Shown here: in pieces, positions 12,567-26,316 of the stretch
Layout: each line of letters opens with the position of its first letter
Numbering within the stretch: position 1 is the stretch's first letter
Assembly (NCBI RefSeq): GCF_006345805.1
Contig: NW_021834019.1
Location: forward strand, 1-51,545
Direction: 5' to 3'
Length of the DNA: 51,545 bases
Source: Octopus sinensis
Taxonomy: Eukaryota
Notes under the pieces: generated by a model
Told to the model about the DNA's origin: nothing
What the model saw: the letters and a program-made list of their open reading frames with translations, nothing else
The model's database searches: none
Translations under genes and position numbers: made by a program

Positions 12567-13531
12567 CATTTTTTGGTTATGCAAGAATATGTCGGTCGAA
12601 TATAAAAGAAGTATTCTAATTCTTAGTATTTTGAAAGCTTTCAATGAACAAGTGGGCATTTCTAAGGATATATGAAAGCATTTCTGAGCGTTTTATTTCT
12701 GTTGGTTTTTAAGAATTTTACATATATGTCTTTCTGTCTGTATTTGTCTCTCCCCTGTCACCGCTTGACAACAGGTGTTGGTGTGTTTACATCCCCGTAT
12801 GATATCGATAGAATAAGTACTAAGCGTAAAAAGTAAGTCCAGGGGTCGATTTGTTCGACTAAAACCCTTTAAGATGTTTCAGCATGGTCGCAGTCAAATG
12901 CCTGAAACATTTAAAAGAACATATATATATATATATCAGCTGTATGTGTAATGAAAGACAGGATGATCATGGCTGGAGCGCTTTTTACTGACCTGTGGTT
13001 AATGTACCACCGCAACAACAGCATTATAGACAAACCAAGATAGGCTTTACATGGTCACTCAAAATGCCAGAAATAACAGTCAAATCTCTGTCAGTTGACA
13101 CCTTACCGTGGATACAAAGCACAATGTTGTTCGAGAGAAAAGATGAGATGGCCATAGCTAGATTGTCTTTGCTCATTTGTCTGTTCAAGTTGAGGCCGGA
13201 CCAAAATCTGGACGACTTTATCAGCGAAGCAAACAGATTATCAGATGTTTCGTCTGTGTTGGTGTTTCTCGTTTATTTTTGTTAAATGTAATGACCTTCA
13301 TCAGAGTTCGTGAATGTGTCTAGTGTAGATTTAGGGACATCATGTGTGAGTGTGGATGTATGTCTGTGCATGCGTATAAAACTCTAATGCAGTTATTTCC
13401 GTATATATTGTCCACATCATTCGGACATATTGAGCTTCAGCACCCATTTAGATTACTTGAGGAAGCTATGTATATATAATATATTATATATATATATTCT
13501 ATATATATATATATATATATATAATATAGTA

Positions 13532-13574
<43 letters not shown>

Positions 13575-14324
13575 TATATTATATATATATATATATATAT
13601 AATATATTACGTATTCTATGTTTGTTGATAAACGATACTTAATCGGCTCGTGAAGAAAACTGTATACAGTATGTTTCCTGCCGTATTTGCAAAATATTCA
13701 TAAAAGTATCCCATATATATATATTATATATATATATATATAATATATCTATATATATATATATAGATATATAATATATATATATTATTATATACACACA
13801 CACAATTCACATCTTCATCGGCACCGAAGGTATGATAGTATTATATAAATATATTTGCATCATACTTCTTACAGATGTAAAGCAGCCCGTAAAGATTCTT
13901 CGAGAACAACTCATTGGTTTTTCAGGTATCTTCGTGCTTTTGTTCATATTATCACGTGATTAACTCTTAACTAACTCCATTTAACTATTTCTAACTGCCG
14001 GCTTCTTATCATCGCTATCTTCTCTTCACCACTCTTAGCTTATCATCGCCACATTAAACCATTAATTACCGCTATGTAACGTCTTAATGCTTCTATGCAA
14101 TACTTTCTTTGTAACACCACAGAATAAATAAAGGCTTAAATTGAGCACACAGGCAAAAGCGCGCGAGCGCGCAAACACGCACACACCCACACACCAACAC
14201 ACACGATTCTCAAAATATATGGGAATAAAGGTTTATGCAATGAACTAGGAGAGCGCATATTAAACTTGTTTTAGTGTTATACAACTTAAAACAGAATCTT
14301 AGCAGAGTAAAAAACATATGAAGT

Positions 14325-14765
14325 GAATATATATATATATATTATGATATAATATATATATATATATATATATTATATATAATCTATATATATATGCATA
14401 TATGTATGTATAGGTAATGTGTTATATATATAATAGACATATATATACATGTATATATGTATATATGTATATAGATATATACATGTATGTATGTATATAT
14501 ATACATATATTTATATACATATACATGTATATATATTATATATATGTATATACATGTATATATATATATGTATATACATGTATATATGTGTATATATATA
14601 TACATTCATGTATATATCTATATATATATACATATATATACATGTATATATATATATATATACATGTATATATATACACACATGTATATATATATATGTA
14701 TATATATATACATATATACATGTGTATGTGTGTATATACATGTTTATATGTATACATGTAGATAT
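14325..14765. repeat. Complex (TA)n/(TACA/TATG) low-complexity tract; similar tracts at about 25800-26200, 27895-28230, 30897-31150, 34755-35146, 37340-37905, 39157-39238
   Basis: Directly visible; source of the YIYI ORFs. Confidence 0.95.
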
Positions 14766-15180
14766 AAAATTTATGTAAGTCTATTTAAGTATATGATTTA
14801 AACTTATAAAACAAAGTTCAAGAAATTCAATTGTATTTTTCGTAAATGGAGGAGATTAGATGTTAATACGGACTGAAATAAATTTTATGCATACAGCTAT
14901 ACGATCGTTTCCTACAAAAATATAATAAATTCGTTTCAAGAATCTGGAATGTCAAAAAGCATTCATCAGTAGCAAAAATTAAGGAAAGGAAAAAATCCGA
15001 AAAGACATTAGAATTACATAGGTATGGTGTTCATTAAGAACTATATGGGTGTATTTGTTGAATTTGTTTTACAAGTTAAATTATATACTTAATATACTTA
15101 TATACATATATGTATATAAGTATAAATATATCTATATATAATATATATCTATATATATATATTATATATATATATGTACA

Positions 15181-15467
15181 AGAAAAAAGCAACAAGAATG
15201 GATTAGTTGTTCAGTACAATTGTTCATACGAAGAACAGCTTTATTAAAAGCTGCAAATATTGCAGCAAATACAAATGTCCCGTATTCATCAGCCAAAACA
15301 CATATGAGTTTTCCAACGTTTGGAAACTCATATGTGTTTGGCTGATGAATACGGGACATTTGTATTTGTTGCTGCTTTGCAAATGCAATATTTGCAGCTT
15401 TTATAAAGCTGTTCTTCGTATGAAACAATTGTACTGAACAACTAATCCATTCTTGTTGCTTTTTTCT
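15181..15467. repeat. Near-perfect ~290-bp palindrome
   Basis: Arms are reverse complements with no real spacer (centre about 15317); differences are indels. Confidence 0.95.
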
Positions 15468-15611
15468 GTTTATAATCACCCCACATAATTTATGGTTAAT
15501 ACCATATAGATTTCTGGTGCATCTAAGTTAAGTACCGCATGTGAATCATTGGAACTCACTTGAATCTTAATTGTTTTTACTGAAATATATATATAATGAG
15601 AACAGAAATTA

Positions 15612-15660
<49 letters not shown>

Positions 15661-15663
<3 letters not shown>

Positions 15664-15728
15664 GGTGCCCCAGCATGGCCACGCTCGTGAGCTGAAACTA
15701 GATAAAATAAAAAATAAAATAAATAAAT
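15661..15728 (+). mobile_element. Extremely 5'-truncated LINE/SINE 3' tail inserted in (TA)n
   Basis: GGCGGTGCCCCAGCATGGCCACGCTCGTGAGCTGAAACTAGATAAAATAAAA closely matches the 3' end of the LINE at 50314-50350; (TA)n on both sides. Confidence 0.7.
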
Positions 15729-16415
15729 ATATATATATATTATATATATAATGTCTGTTCTCTTTTTCATATGTTATATCAATATGCTATAAATCGATTT
15801 GATTTCAATACCTTGCAACTCCCTATTTTGTCTGAAGGTGTATTATATTGATGACGTCTAATAGCCTGAAATATGTCCACATTTGTCCCCTACCTACAAT
15901 GTCAGGCATTTCTTCTCCTAAGAATTTACTCTGAAAATTTAAAAGATTATTTCCCTCACCCTACCCAATCCTTTACTATGAGAGCTGCTAACACTTTCCT
16001 AAGAAAATGCAGCATCTCCTGTTACAGATATCAAAATTCATTCAATAGGCGCATTTCAGTTATTTCCCTTGGTTAATTTATTTTCAATTATATGAATTAG
16101 GGTGTAAAAGTTATTCGCATCTGTCTATGCAAAAATCTACATCAGCACAAACATAGCGATTGGTATCATATGTTTAACGTTGCCGATTATTCAAAAGATT
16201 GTAAGTCAACGATATATGAGAAAACATATTCTTAAATACATCAAAATATGATTTGTCATTCAGATTATAGGGTTGCCGAAAAACCATATGAAAATTCCCG
16301 CATTAATCCATTCAACCATTATAGCATAAAACGTGATATATCCATCTATTTACATGTAAAAAGAAGTGATATAGTTTTTTAGTGAATGCGTGTACATATA
16401 ATATATAATATTATA

Positions 16416-16446
<31 letters not shown>

Positions 16447-16544
16447 ATATATAGTATGTATATGTATATAATATATATTATATATATATAATTATTATAT
16501 TATTATATATATATATATATATTAGTATGTATATTAGTATGTGC

Positions 16545-16584
<40 letters not shown>

Positions 16585-16603
16585 CACACAGACAACAATA
16601 GAT

Positions 16604-16755
16604 AATATGTATGAAGAAAATTATATCTTTATTTTAGATCATACCTTAAACCCCAATAATTGAATATATATATGTATATGTTAATGCAATTGAAACAATT
16701 GTTGGATTTTTAAGGTGTGATCTAAAATAAAGAAATGATTTTCTTCGTACATATT
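16604..16755. repeat. Imperfect inverted repeat, ~60-nt arms
   Basis: TCTTTATTTTAGATCATACCTTAAA / TTTAAGGTGTGATCTAAAATAAAGA. Confidence 0.9.
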
Positions 16756-17076
16756 TCTAAAAATCCTGCATAAGGATTGTTGGATTTACCTGTAGTACGT
16801 GAGGATTTACCTGAGATTTGTATTCTACATACATTTTCTGGTATCTACTTGTTGGAAATTTAACCTTCTTCCTTTGTACTCAGTGTTTGCTTGACATACA
16901 TATATATATATAACGTCAGGACGTTATATATATATATGTATGTATGTATATATGTATGGCTGAGCAGCACCAGTAACAGTTAAGCTTCGTGCAATGGCCA
17001 TACTCGATAACGAGGGAGCAGCCATAATATATGTATGTATTTATATATAAATATATAAAGCAATATATATATATAT

Positions 17077-17117
<41 letters not shown>

Positions 17118-18120
17118 CATGCAAGGAATGCGACTGATAAGGAGGTTTAAGTGTTGAATAATGTCTGTATATTTTAAGAATCGTTTCTTTTTCATTATAT
17201 GATAATTTTCCAAACTATGGTAAAAGTTCTTTATATGTGAAATAAACTATTTTCACCAGTTGCTATTGGAAATTCCTCAACAGATATCGATAGTTGTGTC
17301 TGCAAGAATTTACCAATACCGATTCTTGTTCCCGATTTCAAAAGACTGTCGCAAAATGTTATACATTACCGTAAGACAAAGATTATAATTTCTGGAGTCA
17401 TTGATGTAGGGAGACAAGCGTTCTATGAAGACGCGACTGAATATACTTAAGTCTGTTATAATCCTTTAAACGCTCGATATATTTAGAAACTGAAGGAGCG
17501 AGGCACCTATTTAAGTGTGTGTATGTAAACATATCCTACGAAAGTTATTTTCTAAAGGGATCTTCAAAATCTTCAGTATCTTAGGACAAACAGGCAAATA
17601 GACATACAAACAGACAGACAGACAGATAGATAAATATATATTCCTTGTGTGGGGGGATCTTGGGAATTGGATATTCAAACATTAAAGTGTTTCATATAAG
17701 TATCTCTGAGTAATAAACTCTAAAACAGTGCTGGTTTCCTATTCCAACCATTGTACATTCTTTTTCATTGACTTATTCTCTCATCACGACATCGTTATGT
17801 ATGTTGAAGTTTATGCTTCGCTGATGAGATTATGATAAAACCGAAACACGTTTATATTTTCCAGTAAAATTAAAATGATGTTGGGCAATGAATAATGTTG
17901 TTTTTCTTCAAGCTATATTTCTAGTTACATTTTTATGGAACTCTACTAATTTAGGGTCATAACGTTATCTACCTGTTATTTCTAACTGGTGTGAACCCTT
18001 AGCGTAGTCACAATTGTAATGCTCTTTGACCTGGGGCTAAACAACATATTCGCGTACATAAACAACAGCTTTTCAGAGACTTTCAATAAACACGAACCAA
18101 TATATATATATATATATATA

Positions 18121-18418
18121 TCACCGTGATCACCGTGACCGGCCAGACTATCAGATGTTGCTACAAATCGCTGGTCCCAATGCGCTTCGCATTGTTTTAG
18201 CTTTCAAATGATGCCACCCTGCTGGCTAAGCGAGCAGGCCAACAGGAGAAAGAGTGAGAGAAAGTTGTGGCGAATGAGTACAGCAGGGATCGCCACCACC
18301 CCCTGCCGGAGCCTCGTGGAGCTTTTGGTGTTTTCGTTCAATAAACACTCACAACGCCCGGTCTGGGAATCGAAACCGTGCACTACGACGGCGAGTCCGC
18401 TTCCCAACCACTGCGCCT
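18121..18418 (-). mobile_element. SINE family C with an alternative 3' tail
   Basis: Reverse complement of the head/body of 9977-10140; distal part differs. Confidence 0.8.
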
Positions 18419-18622
18419 CCACACACACACACACACACACAACACACACATATATATATATTATATATATATATATATAGATATATATATATATATTTAT
18501 ACAGAGAGGAGGGGGGGAGAGAGAGATATATAGATATATATACATTTATATATATAGTTGGAATTATAAAAAAAAAAACAAAAGACAGGTGTATAAACAA
18601 CGAACAGGGAAGGTGAGAAAGT

Positions 18623-18659
18623 CTTTTACGTTTCGAGCCTACGCTCTTCAAGAAAAAGG
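18623..18659 (-). ncRNA. Minimal hammerhead-ribozyme-like motif with a degenerate CUGANGA box
   Basis: Minus strand: CTTT-TTCTTGAA-GAGC-GTAG-GCTC-GAA-ACGT-A-AAAG. Confidence 0.45.
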
Positions 18660-18846
18660 AACGCCACAAAATAAACAGAGATAATAAGAAAAAATACATA
18701 ATTAGAGAGAGAATAAAAGCCAATTCAAATATATGTGCGTGTGTATGTATATACATATCTCATTTACAAGTTTCAGCTAATGGCTGAGGCCACGCAGAGG
18801 CACTGCCTTTAATGTATTATATTAAAGAGGAAACTATACACAACAT

Positions 18847-18879
<33 letters not shown>

Positions 18880-18998
18880 CGTATTATATATATTCACAGA
18901 CAGACAGACAGACAGACAGGACAGACAGACAGATAGATAGATAGACAGACAGACAGATAGATAGACAGAGATAGACAGATAGATAGATAGATAGATAG

Positions 18999-19039
<41 letters not shown>

Positions 19040-19747
19040 GGGAATTTCACAACGGCTTCTTACTTAGTTTTCTTAATAATGATAAAATATCAAATTTACA
19101 ATTGAAGGAGTCTTTATTGCAGACTCACAAACCTGTAATAGGATACGAAATGAATAAAACACATTTCGCCGACAGACACACACAGCTCACACACGCTCAC
19201 TTACGTACACTTACGTACACTTACTCTCTCACATAGACACTGAGTACAATACGCTTTCAGAATTCTTCCAATAAACTTCAATAACATATATACAAACACA
19301 GAAAGTCATACACACACATACATGAAAACACAGATACACGCTCTTATATATTAGTGAAAAATCTCATACTTAAATTAACATAAATATATAAACACATACA
19401 AAAATGTGCTAATGTGCCGTCAAAAATGACGATTAGTTGTAGTATTTTATATATATATGAGGTATAAAATGAGTACATAATAATCACACACACGAACATT
19501 CACTCATATACTCACACAGAGTTGAAACGCTGATTTTTCCCCCCTTCTTTCCTTATTCATCTATCACCCTTCCTTTCTCTCATTGCTATTATTTTCTCTC
19601 ACTCCCTCTTAATCAGGACCATTACTCTCACTACTTCTCCTTCACTGTATTACTATTTTGTCTTCTCTAACTTCACTTATACTACTCTTTCTCCTACTCC
19701 GTCCCACTCCTACTCTGTGACTTTGGACAAATATATATATATATATG

Positions 19748-19794
<47 letters not shown>

Positions 19795-19869
19795 CATACA
19801 TACATACCTACATACATACATACATACATACATACATACATACATACAAATATATAAAAACACATGTTA

Positions 19870-19904
<35 letters not shown>

Positions 19905-21324
19905 CCCAAATTCACACACATAAACCTATAGATAATTTTAAAAGGTATAGATTCTAATTCATAAATAAACACATATAAACAAAAATTTGAAAATCAAATG
20001 AAAAACAAAATGTTATATCATTTTTTCTTCTCAGTAAAGACTATACTCGTATGTGTGTACATACACACATACATACGAATATATACATATAAATACATGC
20101 ATATAAATATATACAAATACGTAAGTATATACAAACACACACACACAACACGAGTGTGTGAGTGTGTGAAAACTCGGAGAAAAGCGAGAACAGCGTACAG
20201 ACAACTGACAAGATATATATGCGCCGACCTTAAAGATACAGGACAACATGGCGACTATGCAGAATCCAAACTCGATCGAAAGACGCAAAACGATATTAGA
20301 TCCGCCATTGGTTTACTGTTATACGTCTTTTACACACTGGCGTTTACTATGTTCAGTGCTGAGCAGTAAACTATACAACAAATACCATCGTAAAATAATC
20401 ACCATCATCGCTGCCACTACTACACCTCCATACAACGGAAGAAATAAACTGACAAAGAAATACACTTGAGAGATTCTCTATCAATAATCAATGAAGGATG
20501 GTAGTCGTATGGGCAAGAGATAGATAGATAGAGAGAGAGAGGGGGAGAGAGAGATAGACACGTCTGTTTGTTTATCTATCTATATAGATAAATATATATA
20601 CATATATAAGTACATATATATGTATATATATATATAGGCATATATATGTATGTATGCATATTTGTGTACATATGCATAAATACACACATATTTGTATTTG
20701 TATATACGTATATATAACATTGTGTATATGCTTGTAAGTTTTCGTCCTAAGATAGCGTTGTTTTCGATTTTCGTTTCAACATTTGTTGCTGTAGTTGTGT
20801 CTCTCACATCTATGACTGCTGTTTTTTTTTGTTTTGTTGTTTTGTTTTTGGTTTTTGTGTGTGTGTGTTTTTTTGTGGGGGGGGGTGTCTTTTCCTCCAT
20901 TTTAAACTCTGTGTTGTTGAACTCGCTGAAGGTTTGACCAACATACAACGACCGAATGAAAAGAATGGCGTCGCTTATATTTATATATTTATTTAAAATA
21001 GCTGTTCTTGTTTCTATTTCCGAATTTAAGGTAACTATATTTACCTTCTAGATCTCCAGAATTCTCCCTCTCCGTCTATCTCTCCCCTTCGGTGTTTCTC
21101 TGTATCATTCCCTTAACAGGAACACAGATATATAGAAATACATATATGGGTAATTAGGTGAGCACAAACACGCACACACACACATATATTTATATATATA
21201 TGAGCGTTACATTCCAGAAATTCATGCCGTAACATGGAATTACATACCTAAATAGAATTAATTTTGCATATAATGGAATCGTATGTAAAGCATTTTACAT
21301 GAGAATGTGCGTGTGGGTGTGTGT

Positions 21325-21706
21325 GTAATAAGAAATATGCTTTCCAGCTTCACGGTTCTAGGTTCAGTCCCACCGTGTGGCACCTTCTACTTTTGCCTCC
21401 GGTCAACGAAGGTTTTGTGTATCAATTTGGTAGACGGAAACTGAAAGAAGTCCATCGTATATGTACATGTGTGCGTGTGGGTGTGTGGGTGTGCGTGTGT
21501 GCGTAAGCGTGTTTGTGTATTTGTCCCGCACCACTGCTTGACTACCAGTTTTGGTTTGTTTACAGACCCTTAAATTCGGGATTCAGTACAAAAAAAAAGA
21601 GACCGACGGAATAAATACTAGTACTGGGGTCGATTCGTCCGACAAAAATTTTTCAAGGCAATACCCCAGCATGGCTGCAGTCTAGTGACTAAAACCAGTA
21701 AAAGAA
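21325..21706 (+). mobile_element. SINE family B, diverged
   Basis: GGTTCAGTCCCAC, TTTGGTAGACGGAAACTGAAAGAAG and CCCCAGCATGGCTGCAGTC blocks. Confidence 0.75.
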
Positions 21707-21795
21707 TAGCTATGTACACCTAGCTATCTAAAATCCATTCTTATATAAACATGCAAACAAATATATATAGTTACACATACATACATATAAATATA

Positions 21796-22005
21796 CTTTT
21801 CTACTATAGGCACAAGGCCCGAAATTTTGGGGAAGGGGAGCCAATCAATTAGATCGAGCCCAGTACGCAACTGGTACTTAATTTATTGACCCCGAAAGAA
21901 TGAAAGGCAAAGTTGACCTCGGCGGAATTTGAACTCAGAATGTAAAGACAGACAAAATACCTGTAAGCATTTCGCCCGGCGTAGTAAAGTTTCTGCCAGT
22001 TTGCC
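21796..22005 (-). mobile_element. SINE family A
   Basis: Same core and tail as 146-359. Confidence 0.85.
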
Positions 22006-22796
22006 TGTATATAAATATATAAACAGTTGGCCTGTTTATATACATATATAAACAATTTTGTATCAGGCTCGCCATCTTTAATACGTGTCATCCCACAACT
22101 TTTCCAATGCCATAAAAGTATCCCCAACGAGCCGTAAAACCACTGCGATCGGACAGTTCGAGTCCCCATCCCAATCTAATAAGATAAATCTCCACCATGG
22201 GCGTACTTTTAGAGAAAGCATATACAGAGGCAATTATAAAATTCTCTTAATTTATAATTTTAGTAATCTATGTTATCGCTGTATATCAGAAAAATTTCTT
22301 ACGATTGATAATTTAATTGTTAGATATATTAATAAAACTTCTATGAGAACATACGAAGACTTTTGGCAAAAGACTGTTCATCTCATCTTCATTCTATCGA
22401 CCAGCTCCAGGCTAGGATAATAACTAATTTGATTCTTAAATTCTGCTGCAAAATGTATTTCCGGAACTTCAGAATCGTATCTCGGTTTGTTTATGAAATA
22501 ACGCAGGATATATTAAAAATTAACAAGCTCATAAATATAACTATTTCAAAATTTATTAAATTCCTATACTTATCCTTTTTGACAGATTAATTCTGTTATG
22601 TACAAAATTAAAATTGTACAAATTTAAAATATCTGTTGCTATAATCTACTACAGAACATATCTATAGGGGAGTTATGGCGATTTTGAACGATTCATTTGT
22701 ACATTATGTATGTGGACACAAACAAAAAAGGGGGAATAAATATACATACGTTTCAACTCCTTTCAGAGTCTTCGTCAGTAATTTAATAAATTTGTG

Positions 22797-23183
22797 GGCG
22801 CAGGGATGGCTGTATTGATAAGAAGTTTGCTTTGCAACCACGTGGGGTGTTGGGTTCAGTCCCACTGCCCAGCATATTGACCAAGTGTCTTCTACTATAG
22901 CCCCGTGTCGACCAATGGCTTGTGAATGAATTTGGTAGGCGGAAACTGTGAGGAAGCCCGTCGTGTATGTGTGTGTTGATGTCTTTGTGGTTATGTATGT
23001 ACTTCCTGCATGCCACCTGAGGACTGCTGATGGTTGGCTTATGTACCCGTAAATAAACAGTTCCAATTGAATAAGTACCCGACTTAGGAAGAAGTCTAAA
23101 CACTGTGGCTGATTTCTTCGACTTGAAGCCTTCAAAACAGTGCTCCATCAATGCCGCAATCCTGTCTGAAACAAGTAAAAGAT
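22797..23183 (+). mobile_element. SINE family B
   Basis: GGGCGCAGGGATGGCTGT...AAGTGTCTTCTACTATAGCC...CTGAAACAAGTAAAAG. Confidence 0.8.
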
Positions 23184-23311
23184 AATTGTGAAGAACTTCA
23201 TAACCACCCTGCAAAACTCTGTTTATCCGTGTTATCCATAACCAGTTGTATTATAATTTTCGTAATTATTCTTCTTTATAAACGCGTGGATGCCATGACA
23301 AGTTGTAAATA

Positions 23312-23666
23312 CAGTGATATCTCGCAGTACGAGTGTAATTTGCTCCATAACCGAACTCGTTTTACAAGTCAATTTTCACCATTGAAATTAACTAAAATAT
23401 AATTAATCCGTTGCAGTCCGCCAAAACCACTCAGAAATAAATTTTTATGAGTTTTAAAAGAGAAAAGGTATCGTTAGAAGTAAAATGACAATTATAAAAA
23501 AAAAAGAGAATGCAAAAGAAATATGTAGACTGGTTTTATTAACTGAATTGTCTTAAAGATGGGACGATTTGTGTGCTCGTACTGCGGATTTCTGCTTGTA
23601 ATTCAAGGCAAAAATTCGCACGATTCTCAGCTCGTACAGCACATTACTCGTACAATGGTTCAACTG
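23312..23666. mobile_element. Old Tc1/mariner/pogo-type MITE
   Basis: TA|CAGTGATATCTCGCAGTACGAG at left; reverse complement of right end TA|CAGTTGAACCATTGTACGAG; TA on both sides; extra internal CTCGTAC subterminal repeats near the right end. Confidence 0.5.
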
Positions 23667-24280
23667 TACTTTAATGGCTTTCATTGTCAGTTGGCCATTT
23701 AGAGGGGCTGAATCATTATCGCGTCGGATAAGTGCTTAGCGGCATTTCTTTCAGTTCTTTACATTCTAAGTTCAAATCTAACCGAGGCCAACATTGCCTT
23801 TCATCGTTTCGGAGACGATGTAATAAATGAGCTGCAAGTCATGTGGTGGGATCGATGGTATCGATTAACTTCCCCTCCCTTCAAAATTGCTGACCTTGTG
23901 CTGAATATTTGAAACCAACTAGTACTGAGAGTATGGCTGCCGGTGTTGTTGCTGTCGCCATTCTTGTAGTTTTTTTTTATTCTTGTAGTTTGTGTTAAAC
24001 TTGATCGAACAGACGCTTGGCCAAGGGTCAACCATTTGAGGTCATCCCAACTTTTGAGGGCTATGAACATAGGATGACGTTATTCAGCGTGTCCTTTATT
24101 TATTTGAGAAGGCAGGGAGTGATTTTGAAGGAGATTCTGGTGATATTTTTAGCATATAGAGCAGTGACATAGGATCTCTTTTTTTTTTATGTGCCGTGAT
24201 TGTGAGTTAGTGGCGTTCATTTGGTTCGGCTTGTGAAGTTAGGACACGAAATAGGATAGATTAATGTGTATGCGTGCGTG

Positions 24281-24372
<92 letters not shown>

Positions 24373-24504
24373 GAATAGGTACATACGGAAAAAGAAACAT
24401 AGATATAAAGTTAATAAACACACTCGTACAAAAATCCATACAAACACGCATATTACATATATATATATACACACACACACACACAACACACACACACATA
24501 CATA

Positions 24505-24559
<55 letters not shown>

Positions 24560-24966
24560 ATACATAAGCACACACATACACACACAGTATTAGTGATAAG
24601 CTTTTACAACTCGACAGAGTCTCTTAGTAATATATATTTTGCAATATTAAATACAAACAAAAACTAATATTATATATACTTGATTCATTTTAGTGCATAC
24701 TTCATTGAAATTTGGACGATTCCATTCACTGTTAGAAAGGATGGAATTAAGCTTTCGTGAAACGGGGAAATGGTGGGGGTAGCAGATTGTTCTATTTATT
24801 TGGGTTTATTTTCGTTTTTGAATGTATATTTTATTCTATGTATTTTCTTGTGGCTTTTGTCGTTATATATATGATTTTTATTTGTGGTGGGTGTATATAT
24901 TTCATTTCATGATGTAAAAATATATCTGAGAAATATTCAAACTTTATTCTTTGCATCTAGTATGTG

Positions 24967-25015
<49 letters not shown>

Positions 25016-25707
25016 TGTTTTGTGTGTGTGTGCGCGTGTGTGTATATATATATATATATATACACGAACATGAGTGTGTGATTGTAGACATATCATTAAA
25101 GGTAAGGCGACATACATGTGTATATATATATATGTGTGTGTGCGTGTGTATGGATGTATGTATGTGTGTGTGTGTGTGTGTGTACACATGCGCGAGCATG
25201 TACAACAGGAGGGGTAGTAGATGTACAACTTACACACACGTCAACACACTCTAGAATTCCATTTTTGTGTATATATCTTATATGTACATAAATGTATAAA
25301 TATATGTGTGTGCAACTATGTATGCATATGTAGATATATGTACACATATTATATACATAGAAATACCTATGTACAGCATATAAACGTGTATGTAATGTTG
25401 TATATATATGTATATATATAATTGCCAGTTCTCTCTCTTGTATATGATACAAGTGTGTATGTATGTATAAAAATATATATATGATGATACGTGTGTGTAT
25501 GTGTACACATACATACATATGAATAATTCTATAAAAGAGATTTACTATACGGTATGTTGTAATAAAAGGCTGTATTAAATTTCTTAATGTCTTGAAAGTC
25601 TCGTAAATTTTATAATAAATTTATGTTGTTATTAGATTAAGCTAGGATGGCTCTCATTTGTTTAGGCGTGGGAAGTGCGTATCGGTGTCACATTATATAT
25701 ACATACA

Positions 25708-25743
<36 letters not shown>

Positions 25744-26096
25744 CAAACACATTCACAGAGAGAGAGAGGGGGGGTTATTAAGTTATATATACCTATATAC
25801 TTAAATAAATATATATATATTAATATTACTATGTATATATATACATGTATATCATTTATATATATATACATATATATATACATATATATACATATATATA
25901 TACATATATATATACATATATATATATACATATATATATATACATATATATATACTTATATATATATACATATATATACATATATATATACACACATATA
26001 TATACTTATATATATGTGTATATATGTATATGTATAGATAGATAGATGGATGTATAGAAAGATGATATATATGATAGATAGATAGATGTGTGTATA

Positions 26097-26131
<35 letters not shown>

Positions 26132-26159
26132 CATATATATATACACACATATATATACT

Positions 26160-26197
<38 letters not shown>

Positions 26198-26279
26198 AAG
26201 TATTATGTAGGTGTATGCATTAGTTGTATATGATTATGGAAAAAGGTGATTTTGTGTGTGTACATCACACACACACCTC

Positions 26280-26316
<37 letters not shown>

